A stretch of 64,000 nt of DNA, taken from assembly GCA_950097015.1 (NCBI GenBank), contig CATNEN010000010.1, forward strand, positions 868,001 to 932,000, written 5' to 3'. Positions 34,502 through 47,230 of this stretch are shown here, piece by piece. Positions within the stretch are counted from its first letter, which is position 1. Each line of letters opens with the position of its first letter. This stretch comes from Macrostomum hystrix. Lineage: Eukaryota; Animalia; Platyhelminthes. Both the position numbers and the translations under genes were made by a program. The notes under the pieces are model-generated. The model did no database searches. It had not been told where the DNA came from and saw only the letters and a list, made by a program, of their open reading frames with translations.

Positions 34502-36091
34502 TCAAACTTCGGGCTCGTTCATTAGCAGTTCAAAGCTCTGCCCTGCCAGTAGGTAGCTGCCCTTGTCCCAGACCTGTGTGTGGTACTGCACCACATAGCT
34601 AGTGTTCGCAAAGGCGTCTCGGCACAGCTTCAGCTGGCTGCTGTCCCGGAATCGACCGTACAACGAGCAGTGAGAGTTGGACGGCTGGATCCAGCTGTAT
34701 GGGTTGAAGTAGGCGGTCGGGTAGATGGTCAGGAATCGCCTGTTGTCCACCTTGACTTGAGACGCTATGCCCAGCTTCCTGGCCGCATGGATACCGCTCA
34801 TGATCAGGTAGGGACCTGCAGCAATTCGATTAAAATATTTCATTGAATTACTATACTTCAATGACGTTTAATTCCCTCAGTTTTTTTAATTCACAAGAGG
34901 ATAACTCGAGTTTAAATTTGAGGTCCCTGAAACACTCGAATGAACAGACTGACCGCTGGCCATGATGGCCATCTCTCCTTTCGTTGCATTCAAGAGCAGG
35001 ATGAGGTCCCAGAAAAAAGGATGCCTAGGCCGGCTGTACATGAAGGAGTTCTCTATCTGGCCCTCGGTCACGAAGCTCGGATGTCGCGGCGACCGAATCA
35101 TGAGGCCCTGTATAACGGTGATTGATCTTGGATGTCTCTTTGATTCTCCAAGCAAGCTCTCGAAGCAACAAAATGCATGGAGCAACGGCGAGCTCGTTCT
35201 ATTCTATTTGCCCATAATATAGATATCGCGAAAAAACGCTCTGTCTGCACTTGGATGTACGAGTCGGGAGGGAGCTGATAGGGAGACTTGTCTCTGTTGG
35301 GAGGGAGTTGAGAGGGAGGTGAGAGGGAGACTTGTCTCTGTTTGGACTCCTAACTCTTGACTTAGCGGCAGGGAGCCTCCATGACGGACGCAGCGAGGAG
35401 GCGGCCGATGCCGCCATATCGCTAACCCCTGGCAAACTCCTAACTCTACTCCTTCATCCAATCCATTCGTAGGTTTGCTCCAGTCAATAGCATTCATTCC
35501 ACTCGGGTAGTAGCTGTACCCGAAAAAGAGGTAGGAATGAAGACAGCTTGTTTATCAGCTCACCTGCATGGCGCCAAATACGAGACTAGCATTGGCTAGA
35601 AGGTGCCGGAAGTCGCGCAGGCACTCGCAGTCCATGTCGCAGTATAGGCCACCGTAATGGTACATGTAAAACAAGCGGCTCACATCCGCCCGCTGCACCC
35701 CGGGTGCCAGTGAGTCGAAGCGCTCCAGAAACCAGGGGTAATGCCTGACAATCAGCTTCCGGTTATCCTCGTCGGTCCACAATTGCCGCCGGAAGTCCGG
35801 GAAGCAGCGACGAAAGGAGCGCGACCAGTCGGCAAAGAGACGAGGCACCCGCTTGGACTTCCAGGACTGGTGAACGAGGCGTACCAGCGGACCGGTGAAG
35901 CCAGTGTTCAGATCCGAGCGATTGCTCAGCCACCAATAGTGCGATGGCGGCTGGCTGTTTGCCGCCTGCTGACGCAGCGGCGGGCCGATGAGCACCAGGC
36001 CGATGAAGCGAATGATGAGAATGATGATGCACAACCATAGGAGGCTGCTGAAAATCAGGGTCCTACGTGGCCGGCACAGTCTGTACATCAT
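34502..36091 (-). CDS. GT32 (OCH1/SUR1-like) DxD glycosyltransferase, type II membrane, 3 exons, ~331 aa
   Basis: Exons 36091-35564, 35107-34954 and 34815-34502 are in frame. N-terminal TM segment; motifs VHQSWK, LWTDED, QRADVSRLFYMYHYGGLYCDMD, NSFMYSRPRHPFF, SGPYLI. Confidence 0.9.
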
Positions 36092-36815
36092 GCTCTGCGG
36101 CGATCACAGAATCAGTGGCATCGCACGTGCACCGTTTTCGTTGTGCAGTTGTCTCTTGACAGCACCAGATTGCTTTGTCGTATAGTAGAGAATTATTTTC
36201 AGTTCAGACCCCAAATTTTGCGACAAGATCTTCCGTGCATGGCCTGTCTCACAATTTGCTGTACATCGGCAGCCAGACCCGCAGTGCAATTCTATTGCAT
36301 GCATTAAAATGTATAATAATCGAGAGGGGTAGAGAAGCAGATTCTGGTTTGAAGCGCAGGCGGAAATGTGCATGCGGCCGACTGCACACAATGGAGGCAG
36401 CACGCAGTGAAGCTCTGCACTCTCAAATTCTTCAAATTCTCACCGCTTCTCTGGGCCTTAGAAATCTAGCAAATTCAGAGCAATTCCTGATCATATGAAA
36501 ACTCAAAGCGCATGAAAAGTTCTCATCGTACCCAGAAATTTCTTTGTTGGAACCCAGTCTTTTTTCTAGACGGGAGCAAAACTTTTACGTTCGCTCTACC
36601 ATGCAGGAGTCACGTTGAAAGCAAATCGCTCGGCGGGGAAGGACAAATCCCGCCAAATTCCCATTACCCGGACCAATGTAGGCTCAGGCAGACATGGAGG
36701 GCTTCAGTTAGCGCCGGCTCTGTGGGCTATTTTTCACTGTTTTAATTGGAGAAATCAACAAGCCTCAGGATATTCATTATCATATGAAACTAAATTGACA
36801 TCTAAAATGAGATTC

Positions 36816-37618
36816 TACTTGTACCGGGTGCGCAAAAAGTATCCGGACACTTGCGTGTTGCAGAGAAGGACAGATAAATATGCACGTGTTGGTCCCAAAT
36901 CCATGAATTTTCACATCGCAACTCAATGCAAAAAATTGTCGTAGCTCGTTTTTTAGCAAAGTGGCCAATGCAACAGGTCGGTCTTTTTTCACCTGGAAAG
37001 GTGCTAATAGCTTAATTAAGGGTAAGACAACGTGAGTCGCGAAATTTCAAGCTCGTGTTCCATTTAATCACGTAAAAACAAATTTGTTCTAAAATGCGAA
37101 CAAGAGAAACGGAACGCGGGCATTGAGCAACAAAAGTGCAACTTAATTTAAAGAGGCGGTCGCTTTTTCTAACAGAGTTCAAGATCGTCAGACTTCCTCG
37201 AATCAATCACCTGGCCCACTTGCTGCCATGTGCTGCTCAAGTGGTTCCAACAAGCGGCTCTGCACACCAGACTCGATTTAATCCACGATTGGAGAACCTC
37301 CTTGGGCAATCACCTTCTCAAGACGCTCAATCTAGAAGTCAAGTCGGTAGCGACACGCTTCTTGAGATCCAAGGAATAGCTCGACATTTTGTGACAACTT
37401 GGGGTGACAGAAATCCGCGGATTGAAAACGAAGCTTTCGAAATAAAAAGGTGAACAGCATGAGTCCATTTTGCATATCAGGGTTAAAATTACCGGCAGAA
37501 GTTTGGCCATAGACATATTATAAAAATGATGCTTTAAATTACCGGAGTATGTCAAACTCTCGGAAAGCAAAGCCAGCAAGATTCTGTCCGGATACTTTTT
37601 GCGCACCCGGTACAAGTA
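36816..37618 (-). mobile_element. ~800-bp internally deleted Tc1/mariner derivative (MITE-like)
   Basis: 34-bp perfect inverted repeat TACTTGTACCGGGTGCGCAAAAAGTATCCGGACA at 36816-36849 and 37585-37618. The interior minus strand keeps a transposase start (MSSYSLDLKKRV, ATG 37387) joined to a Tc1-type C-terminus (ERLEKVIAQGGSPIVD*). Confidence 0.88.
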
Positions 37619-38493
37619 AATCAATACCCAGTAATGTAGTCCTTGGCATGTTAGAATTATAGCTCCTACTATTTCATTTGTGTAAGGATCCAAGTTGTTT
37701 TATACAATTACGCACATAATTGAACGCACTTTATGTTGCCTTTTAGAGAAAATCATATTGCAAATCTGTTTATTTGTTTAACTGTTAACATCGTAATTAT
37801 TTCCGGGGCAAAAACTTTGCTGCATGCCAGCATCTGAGGAGGAAAAATATCAGACTTTATTAAAGTTTAGGCGGGGCAATCCGCAGAAATCTGGTAAGAA
37901 AATAGACACGAAACTGGAAACCTAGAACTCACAAGTGAGATTAGAACAGGGCGAATTGAAGTGTAGAAAAAGCGGAAAATATAGTCATTTACTCAAGAGC
38001 TCATTGACCAAAGAGAATAACTTCATCCACCGATATCAGAATATCACAATATCACTGTGTGCATAGCTGAACAAACAGAGAAGGGGCACTTTCCGAAGCA
38101 ATGGCCAAGGCACAATAACAGCAGGTTACAGAAGCTCCGCTTGCATCACAATTTGGCGAGCTAAGAAAGCAGAGAGGGATCGCGGCACGTGCACATTGTA
38201 CTTAGGAATATTCAAGGCTTCAGATAGAAACATGATTACAACACAGATTATTACCCGACAAGAGACACGGGAAAATGGGAAAAAGAAATTCGACGATGAG
38301 CACAGCACATGCACTGATTAGCAATAAATTTTCTTTGTCATTTTTACTGTCCCTTTCCCAGTCAGTTTGCGCAGGAGACCGCTTAAATTATAATCGATGT
38401 CTGTTTCGTAATGGTAAAAATAAAAACTAGTCCTAAGGCTCTCTGCAGCCGAGTCTGCGGCTAAAAGTCGCTGACTCACTCAGTCAGGCCAGT

Positions 38494-38693
38494 TCACTCG
38501 ACTGTGCCAGGCGGCGTAAACTTCTCCGTCCTCGGCGTGCCCGGTCTGTCGGCGTCGGTCTCGAGATTGGCTCCGCTGCGCAGAGAGCGCGCCGAGCCGG
38601 GCTGCAGCCGGGCGCGGCTGTTGGTGGTCTCCTCCTCGTCGGCCGACGGCTGTGGCTGCTTGCGTGGCTTGCCAGTGTAGTAGACTGGAGCGC

Positions 38694-38730
<37 letters not shown>

Positions 38731-41700
38731 GACGGGTTCCTTGTGCGGCTCTTGCGGCATCGGCGGCTTCTTGCCTTTTCGCTTTGGCGAGGCGCTCTGT
38801 GGGACGATGGCCACCTGGCTGCCGGTCTCAAAGCTCGTCTTACTGGAGTTCTGCAGAGTGATAGGGGCGTTCGGATAAATGATTTGAAGCAGATGATACT
38901 CAAAAGTTGCAGGTGCTTAGTTAAAAAACTTTAAAGAAAAACATGCCGAATGCTTACAATGTCCTGAACACCGGTGATGCTAACGGAGGAGGAAGCCACA
39001 CTAGAGCGGCTGCGGCGCAGGCAGATAACCTCCCTGAAGTCCGGATTCATGTGGCCGAAGCAAAGGAACACCCAGATGCCCTGTGAGGCGTTGAAGATGA
39101 CGAAGAAGTACTCGATCGGGATGTTGTACCACTGCACCAGGAGAATGCCAAACAGCCAGGCCAGGATCATCAGCGGGATGAGGAAGGCGCACTGGTGTGT
39201 GTGGTTGCGCAGATCGTTCAGGATGTCCTTGCGCTTGATGGCCGGCTCGCTTAAGTTGCAGACCACAATCAGGCAGACGAGCAGCGAGAGGCAGCCGAAT
39301 GCCACCAGCGGACCCAGGAAGGACCAGATGTAGATGCCGGTGATCCAACAATAGGGGCCACCGTACACGCTGCTGTTGATGCCTCCAACAACTCCTACGA
39401 TGAGCACGGGAATGAGCCAGGCCACGGGCAGCCACCACTTTAGTTTCCCCCTGATGATGCCCTTCGTGACTGCATAGAAGACCCAGAGGGATTCGATGAA
39501 CAGCATGGCAAAGCTGGCCACGAAGAACAGGTGCATGATAATGGCGATCGCCTTACAGAAGTCTGCATTGTCTCGCGCCAGATGAGTGAACAGGAAGGCA
39601 AACTGGGCCACAAACAGGGCACCAGCCAAGTTCAGGTGAATGACGTACCGCTCACCGCGTAGCCTCTTGCTGCACGCAATCACTATGATGAAAATGAGCA
39701 GGCAGATAAGCGACAAGATGAGCAAGATGTAGGTCATGATGCTCAGTATTCTGGCGTGGATATTGTCCTCGACAGGCGGCACGGGCTGCATGAGGATGGC
39801 AAAGCTGGTCATGTGATCGCAGCGACAGTTCACCGAGTCTTCATCTTCCGAATCCTTGTAGCAGCCTTCAGTTGACCACAGATTATTGCTGGGGTTCCAG
39901 AAGGCGCAGCGGGTTTCATATTTAAGTACTCCATCCTTTCTTTTCTTGTTGGGGTCCCGCAACGTGAGAGTAAAATTCACTGGTTTAACTGTGATAGGAA
40001 GGCTCAGCCACATAGACACCACGCGGCTGTTAACCGTGAGGTCGATTGAACTATTGGTGACGTTTGAGTAGGTAGTTTCGTTCGTTGCAGTCGATGCAAT
40101 AAGATTTTCAACACCGTCGTAGACAACACAGGCCATCAGAAAGTTGACAGTAGAAGGCATTGACGCTAAGAAGTCCGGGATGTACACCGCATCCTTCGCC
40201 TTGGACCAAGACCTTCGCGTGACGTCATAGTAACCAAGCCTGTTATTGTCTTTGCTTGAGCAGCCAGCCGCGATTTTCTGAGTGCTCCAATGCATCCGGC
40301 CCTCCGTCAGCACAACGGGCGAACAGTCGGTTTTGATGTTTCTCGCCATACGAGTGGCCAAATTCTCGACGGAAGTAAACAGAGCAGCTGGATTTACGGT
40401 GCCGCTTTTCACCAGATTGCGGAAGTCGCCCGCGAAATTCGGGTTTAAAACTGCACTGACTGCCTTGCTGAATTCTCCAATCGTGGACTTCATCGTATCA
40501 TTATCGATCGCATTCGCAACCACCAGGTTTGCGCTAATGCGACTCAAGATGTTAAGTGATGACTGAATGAAGTCCGAGCGCACACCTTTGTCAGTAGCCG
40601 TGTTGTAGATGACGCCGGACGCAGTGTTCGCTTCTGGCTGGCTGGAGAACAACTGGCCGCTTCGGTCTATGAGGACAACATTGTTGAATTTCGGATCCAG
40701 GCACATATTGTTTTCAATCGAGGACAAGCACGAGCTGGCATTGTCAGGCATGCAGGTGGATGACAATCTGATTGTGGAATCCGAGCAGTCACCTGTCAAC
40801 ATTTTTCTATTCTTGTCGGGGTTAAGGCAGTTCAGCGGAGGCTCATTCCAAATGACAAGGTCGCTTGCAACGATCTGAGCCGATGAGCTTCCAATGCTAA
40901 CTGTTGTTCCCGTTGCAACTCGCAAATTGCTAGAATCGAAGCGGGTCGAGGCTCTCACACGGATGCCATTTTGGTAGAGCTCGATGACATCGCTTGTTAC
41001 ACTCAATCCAATGTTCACCCATGTTGAGAACGCAACCTGGTCCTGGCCGCTGGTGCCCTCAATGCGACGCAACCTGCCCATAAAGCTGGCATCAGCCAGG
41101 ACGCGGAAGCCACTAGTTCCATCCTTGACGATCTTAACCACAACGCCTTGCGCTGCACCGTAACCAGTGTTCATTATTTCCACTTCAGTGTCCACACTTA
41201 GTGTGTTGACCTTCAGCCAGAAGGACAATGCGACACCTTTTTCACAACCGGCCGTCGTGAAGAAGCAGGCATCGGAGCCGATGTCAACAGCTTCCTGCTG
41301 ATTGAATAGTCTGCTACTGTTTGGCTTGCCCGCATAGTTCACTTGTCCAGGGGAGATGAGTGAAACGTACGTAGTCTGCTGAGTATAGCAGTTGGCAGGG
41401 CCAACAGTGGCGTCAAGAGTTCCAGTGGATCCCAATAGCTGGTACATAAACATCACGTCACTGAAGCAGGCTGTAAACGCGTTTGTGATGTTATTGTTAA
41501 CTTTTCCGAGGTGGCCCTCGCTGTAGGTTGAATTATCGTTTAACTCTGACCAGCAAGTGCTGTTTGCGCCAGCACGACTTGAGATTGTCTCTTCGTCTAC
41601 CTTGACCGCAATTGAGGCCTCGCTGTACCAGCGCACCTGGAGCTGAATCCAGTCGGAGTAGTTGAAGGGCACCATGGCCTCACAAGTCTTGTTGAAACTG

Positions 41701-44700
41701 CGGACCGTTGTAAACAAATAGCCGTCACTGGTGACAGAGATTGCCGTTCCCATGTGTCCAGGGTTCTGGCCACCTGTGCTCAGGATAAACTGCCTTCCAG
41801 GCGATGTGGGCATCTTTGGCTTAAAGTTCACAGTCAGAATGAAAGCTTTACAGGGCGCTGTGTTTTGCAGACAAGAGTCCTGCAGGTTGCCAAGGGAGAT
41901 GTACGAGCCACCTGAGCCTGCGGTACACATCGCTCCATTTTCCATGTCGAACTTGTCTGCGCTGTACTGCACATTGACACCCAGCAGTGTGCGCGGCTGC
42001 AGCTTGTTCCACAGGCCAGAGACAGTCCAATATTCATCTGATAATCCCATTAAATCGTACTGATTTGACTGCACACCCAGCATCTGATTCATCTGGTTCT
42101 TCAGCAGGTTGGCGCCGTACCAGCCGCTGACGACGTAGGCAAGAAACGCTTCAGATGAACTGGCCGCTGAGCTCCTGAGGCCCAGCTTTAGTGCTCCTGG
42201 TGCAGTGTTTGCAGCGGTCATATTATCCGCCACAAAAGTCAAAATGCTGCTGACATTCGTTCCATTCAAGAAGATAGTTGGAAAGAAATTGTTTTTGCTG
42301 AGCATCAGGCCCAAGTTGAGCCAGCGGCCAAAGCGAACTTTAACCACCGACTGTGTGACCATCTTATATCCGTTGCCAGCACGCCTGACCCACGCGATGA
42401 GGGTTCTGTCGCTAGCAATGCTCAGACCAAAGCCTTCCGTGGCAGTGTTCTCGTTACCCAGTGACAGCACAGGCAAAACTGTGTCATTGGCCTTGCTGAG
42501 CACTTGGATCCATGTGCTAAACAGAACTTGGAACGCGCAGCTGCTGAGGTTTCGTGGACACTCACTCGCTGCGTAGGCCTTGATTCCAATTTCACCGTTT
42601 GTGTTGATTTGTGCGTATTCCGACTGACTGCTGATTGATCCCATGGGTCCGATCGGCACTTTGTACAGCGACGCCTGCTTCATCAGAAGGAAATCTGTGT
42701 CGATTATGTCTTGTCCGAACACGACCAGGTCAGCTCTAGCGTAGTACCTGTTGTTGACGCTCCCAATAGATCTAGAGAATTCCTCCGGAGACATCCACCT
42801 ATTGTAAAAGACGACGTCACTGTAGGAGAAATTTCCCATCACCCACTCCGAGTTGGATCTCCATGTGCTATTCTGATCGTCATCGAACCTGCCAACGACG
42901 GCCCGAGTGTGCTTATCGTAAGCCTTATAGCTAACATCTGGATGCAGGTTCTTGATGCCGTAGTCAGTGCCGTTGAGGAACAGGCGCATTCCCTCCTGCT
43001 CGCGCCACGTGAAACCAATATTGAACCATTCATTTAAGTTGTATCTATTGCTGTCAATTACGATTGCCCAATCATTCCTGTCGGTTGACAGCGAAGCTCC
43101 AAGCAGATTTCCAGTGGTGAACAGGCTGATGCCTCGCGAATCCAACGTGGACGATCGCGCATCACCGAGATCTCCAGAACAGAAGAAGAACTGCTTCTTG
43201 ATGGGGTCAACCGACTTGACGTTAATCCACATGTGCATTGACAGGCCGCTAATTTGACACTCGCGCTGGAAGGGGTCCGTAATACACTTTCCGTACCACA
43301 TTATGCTCTTTTCTGTGGGAGTCTTTGAGAACTCATTCCCCAGAAAGATTTGACCGAACCAGTTGCTATCCAGCCTTGTGGCCGCCGACTTATTGTGGCG
43401 GTCCGGCTCGCTCTTAAGAGCGCTGCCCGATGCGAAATAGCGGAACTGTGATTTCAGGTTGTAATTTCTGGTGTCACTCAGTGCAAGGCCGTCGGCTAGC
43501 ACGAATTCATCGGTTGTCCAGTAGAATGTCGATTCTCGGATGTACCTGAGTTGGTCGCGGGTATAGCCCAAGAATCGATGCGCCTCGAAATCTTCCAGCG
43601 GCCGGTACCAGACGGTGAAGTCGTTCAGCATGAAACCGACAGGAGCATTGCCAGAGCCGATTGTTACCATTCCTAGGTATGAGTCAAGCGGGCTGCCAGA
43701 GTCTGCAGATGTGCTGCCTATGTTGATACCGTTCACGTAGCCGGTCAGGGTCGGGACTGTTCCACGCCAGTCATAAATGAAGCCAACGTTTGTCCACTTT
43801 TGGAACTTGAATTTTGTGTCGATGTATCTAGCGCCAGCCTGCACCCGCAGCGTCACGTCCCCGCCGCTGCCGTTGCAAACAGCCAATGAGAAAACGTTGA
43901 AGCGTAGCACTTCCACAAAGTTCACTGGCAGCTGCCGGAAAGCGGCAATCCAGAGAGACATCGAGATGCCACCGTTAGTGCAGCTGTTATTGTTTCCCAG
44001 ACAGACTGAATGGAAGCCGTTAATAGTGAACTTGGCGGGAGAGTTGACAAATCTGAAGGCGGCAAAGCCAGTGCCATTGCGGCTCAGCTCCTCTGTCACA
44101 GTGATGTTGTTGTTGGCGACGGAAACGTTTCCCTGGGCGTCGTAGCCTCTCAAATAGTAGTCAGCCATTTTGTAGTAGGGGTTCGGCTCCGACGCATCGA
44201 GTCGGGCCTCCCTAAGAATGCTCGAGTAGGCGAAGCTGGGCGTCGGCGGCGTTGTCGGCACGGGAGTTGTAACTGGGGCCTGGTACTTGATCAGCTTGTA
44301 CACTGATCGATGGACGGTTTGAAGAGGGGTTTTAGGAGTGTGACTCTCGATTGGTCCCCTAACACTGTGTGAGCCCAGAGTTTATTAAATTTATTTATAT
44401 AATATATAATATAATATATATATATATATATAATTATACAATTATATAATAAATTTTTTTTTTAATTTTGCAGATGGAAATTATAAATCAATGTAACTTT
44501 TAACTTTTAGAAGGCAATGCTGCTCACCCAGAGCTCCAGTCAATAGGATGAGGTTCTCCTGCTGAATCGGCCAGAACCACAGTGCAGGGTGGATGATGTT
44601 GGCCTTTAGATAGCTCCTGGTGCCGGAGGTGGCCAGCTCACAGCCCATGGTGATATCAGTGGCAGCGGGGCCTTGCGCATTCGGCTCAGTGTAGGTATTC

Positions 44701-46467
44701 GCGTAGAAGAAGGTCCTGACGTCGCTGTCGATGTAGATCTGAAATGTTATTGAAAAGCTTCATATTGTAGACAGTCCAGCAGATTCAGTGCAAGTTATTC
44801 ACATCGAGTAATCTCGAATTCAATGCCTCTTGCTTTCTAGCGTATTTTTTACGAGCGTAAAATGTACTTTTTTCAATACGAAGCCAAGCCACCACCCTCA
44901 CCTGGATGATGCCGGTTGACCTCTCCCACGTGAAGCCGAGCAGGCGCCACTTTCCGACCTTCATCTCGAAGCCATCGATGCTGGCAATCCAGCGGCCTTT
45001 GGCACCGACCACCAACACAGTCAGCTTGCCCAGCTCCACGTAGAACTGGAAACCTTGGCCGTTGGGTTTCACTGAAAAACGGTGCAGTGGATAGTCCGCG
45101 CGTTAAAATGTTGTAAGATGCTTCCGTCACACTTGCTACAGACGAGCACTTGACTAAACCTATCGCGCACCAGACTACATGCCTCAATATGTTTGCTATT
45201 GAGTCTAAAATGGTTAGAAGCTACATAAACACTCACAAAAGCAAAGTATTAACTGCCCACAACAGGCACTTACGCGTGGACAGCAGGACCTCCTTGATGA
45301 ATGTGTCGAAGGTGAAATTGACCCAAACCGACGCGCTCAGGCCGTAGTCACACCTCTCAGGCTCCTGGAGGCACACTTGGCCGTACGGCGCATCGCTAGC
45401 TATTTTTCCCAGCGTGATACAGGTGTCAATGGTGCCGACACTTTTGACAGCCATGCTGTCAGTGGCGTCCAAGCCGGTGTCCAAGTTGACGGCGAAGGAC
45501 AGCTCACCGTTCAGTGCGTTAGTGATGTTGTCTGTCACTTTGAAGTCCTTGACATTTGTTGTCAAGTCCTCATCAGCACATGCTACGCAGCACTTATCGT
45601 CAACACTGGAAGCTGTTGCTGATGAGGAGTTTCCGCACATGTCATTGAAAAACATTCGACGCTTAATTACTTGTTCGCGAACAAACGTGCTGGCCGCTCC
45701 TTGGTCGATAATCTTCTTGTCGCTGGTGAACTGCCAGTAATGATTGCACGTTGCCCAGTAGTTGATGCCTTCAAGGTTTAATTGTAAAAGTGTAAGGCTA
45801 GACTATAGAGAGTGATACATTTCAACGACCGTGCCGAAGAGATAAATGTTAAGTTATCTACGAGTAGTTGAAAACTCACGGTAGCGGTTTTCGACCACTG
45901 GCGGAAACCTCCGCTTCGGAATGTACGGAGTCGTGGTTGGCGGCTCCTGACTAACGGTGGTGGTATCTGCGGAAGAAGTCAATGGAGTGGAAGTCCTTGT
46001 CGTACCTAAACTAGTTGTGCTAGCACCAGGGGTTGTGGTACTCTGTGCCGTTGAGCCGGTAGTCGTGGAAGCTTGAGTACTGTATGTCGTGGACGGCACA
46101 AATGTGGTTGTTTGTGATATTGTTGTTGTGCTTGGTGTTGAGCTTTGAGTTGAGGTTAAAGACTGTGTTTCTGTGCTAAACTCGACTGTGGTTGTGTTAG
46201 GTGTCGTCGTGACTATTGTGGTGTCAATAGTTGTACTAGTGCCTGTCGTAGTTGTCGTTATTGTTGTTAGCGTGCCGTATTCTGTTGTTCTTGGCGAAGT
46301 GGTTGTAGTCGGTGTCGCTGTTGTTGTTGTGGGTGTTGTGGTTGTGGTGGTGGGTGTTGTGGTTGTGGTGGTGGGTGTTGTGGTTGTAGTGGTGGGTGTT
46401 GTGGTTGTAGTGGTGGGTGTTGTGGTTGTGGTTGTGGTTGTAGTGGTCGTTGACGTCGTTGTTGTTT
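38494..46467 (-). CDS. Adhesion GPCR: Thr-rich stalk, ~6 LamG/pentraxin-like domains, GAIN/GPS, secretin-type 7TM; 5' end not resolved (>2380 aa)
   Basis: Exons 46467-45880, 45768-45274, 45071-44902, 44738-44528, 44302-38958 and 38850-38494 have compatible phases. GPS: CAFW...WSTEGC...CRCDHMTSFAILM, followed by 7 hydrophobic helices. Repeated C-x(5-8)-C..G.S.S.W motifs mark the LamG-like units. Confidence 0.92.
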
Positions 46468-47108
46468 CTGCAATGAGAGAACGGGTAAAGGATATCTTTC
46501 GTTCCGGTTCCGATTTGTCATTGAGATTAGTGTGCAAAAAAGTGAAAACTTATACAAACCGTCAGGTAGCTTTCTTAGTTTCGCTTAATTAAGCATGCAC
46601 TTGAGAATATAAGCGTACGGTAAATGGCTCCACATACTGATAATTCTCCACCATACGAATATAAGGTGCATTAGAGAAAAGAACATCGCAAAGGGGAAAG
46701 GAATCGCATTGCTAGGTAACATGGACAGCGCAATAAGATGCTATGGACAGCACGCGCGTTGCAGGCGGTTTGGTGGTCAGGAGCTGGGCTCTGCGGCTGG
46801 TTGATCAGCCGGACCATCGTCACAGCGGCAGGCAGCCTGCAATTTCGAAAGCAATTTCTGAAACTGAATCACTTTCTAATTCTCAAAGAGAGCCAGATGC
46901 TCGTAAACACAATCCTGTATGTGGCTAGAACAGCCACAAGCAAGAATGAGAAGAGTACACTAAAGTAATAAGTGGCAACAGGATGCAGATTACTCTATCA
47001 CGTACGTACGCAGCTCCATTCAGGGCCAACCCCCGGGCCAAGCTGACCTGCTAACATCTTTCTCCGCCTTCGTCAGCTTTAGTATTCATAATTTAATTAA
47101 CGGAGCCT

Positions 47109-47230
47109 GGAGCTTGTAGCCCAGTGGTTAGAGATTCGGACTACTGAACGAGAGGTCCGTCGTTCGAATCTCTGCAGAGCTGATCTCTGAGTGCTTCGGC
47201 TCACCCAGTTGTAGAATGTGTATTTATTGA
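47109..47230 (+). mobile_element. tRNA-derived SINE-like element
   Basis: A box TAGCCCAGTGG and B box GTTCGAATC at tRNA spacing, but the acceptor stem is broken. It continues into non-tRNA sequence (..CTCACCCAGTTGTAGAATG..). Confidence 0.5.

Noticed and set aside
47109-47185. Functional tRNA gene
   Set aside because: A/B boxes are present but the acceptor and anticodon stems do not pair; treated as a SINE head. The same applies to ~28375-28447.
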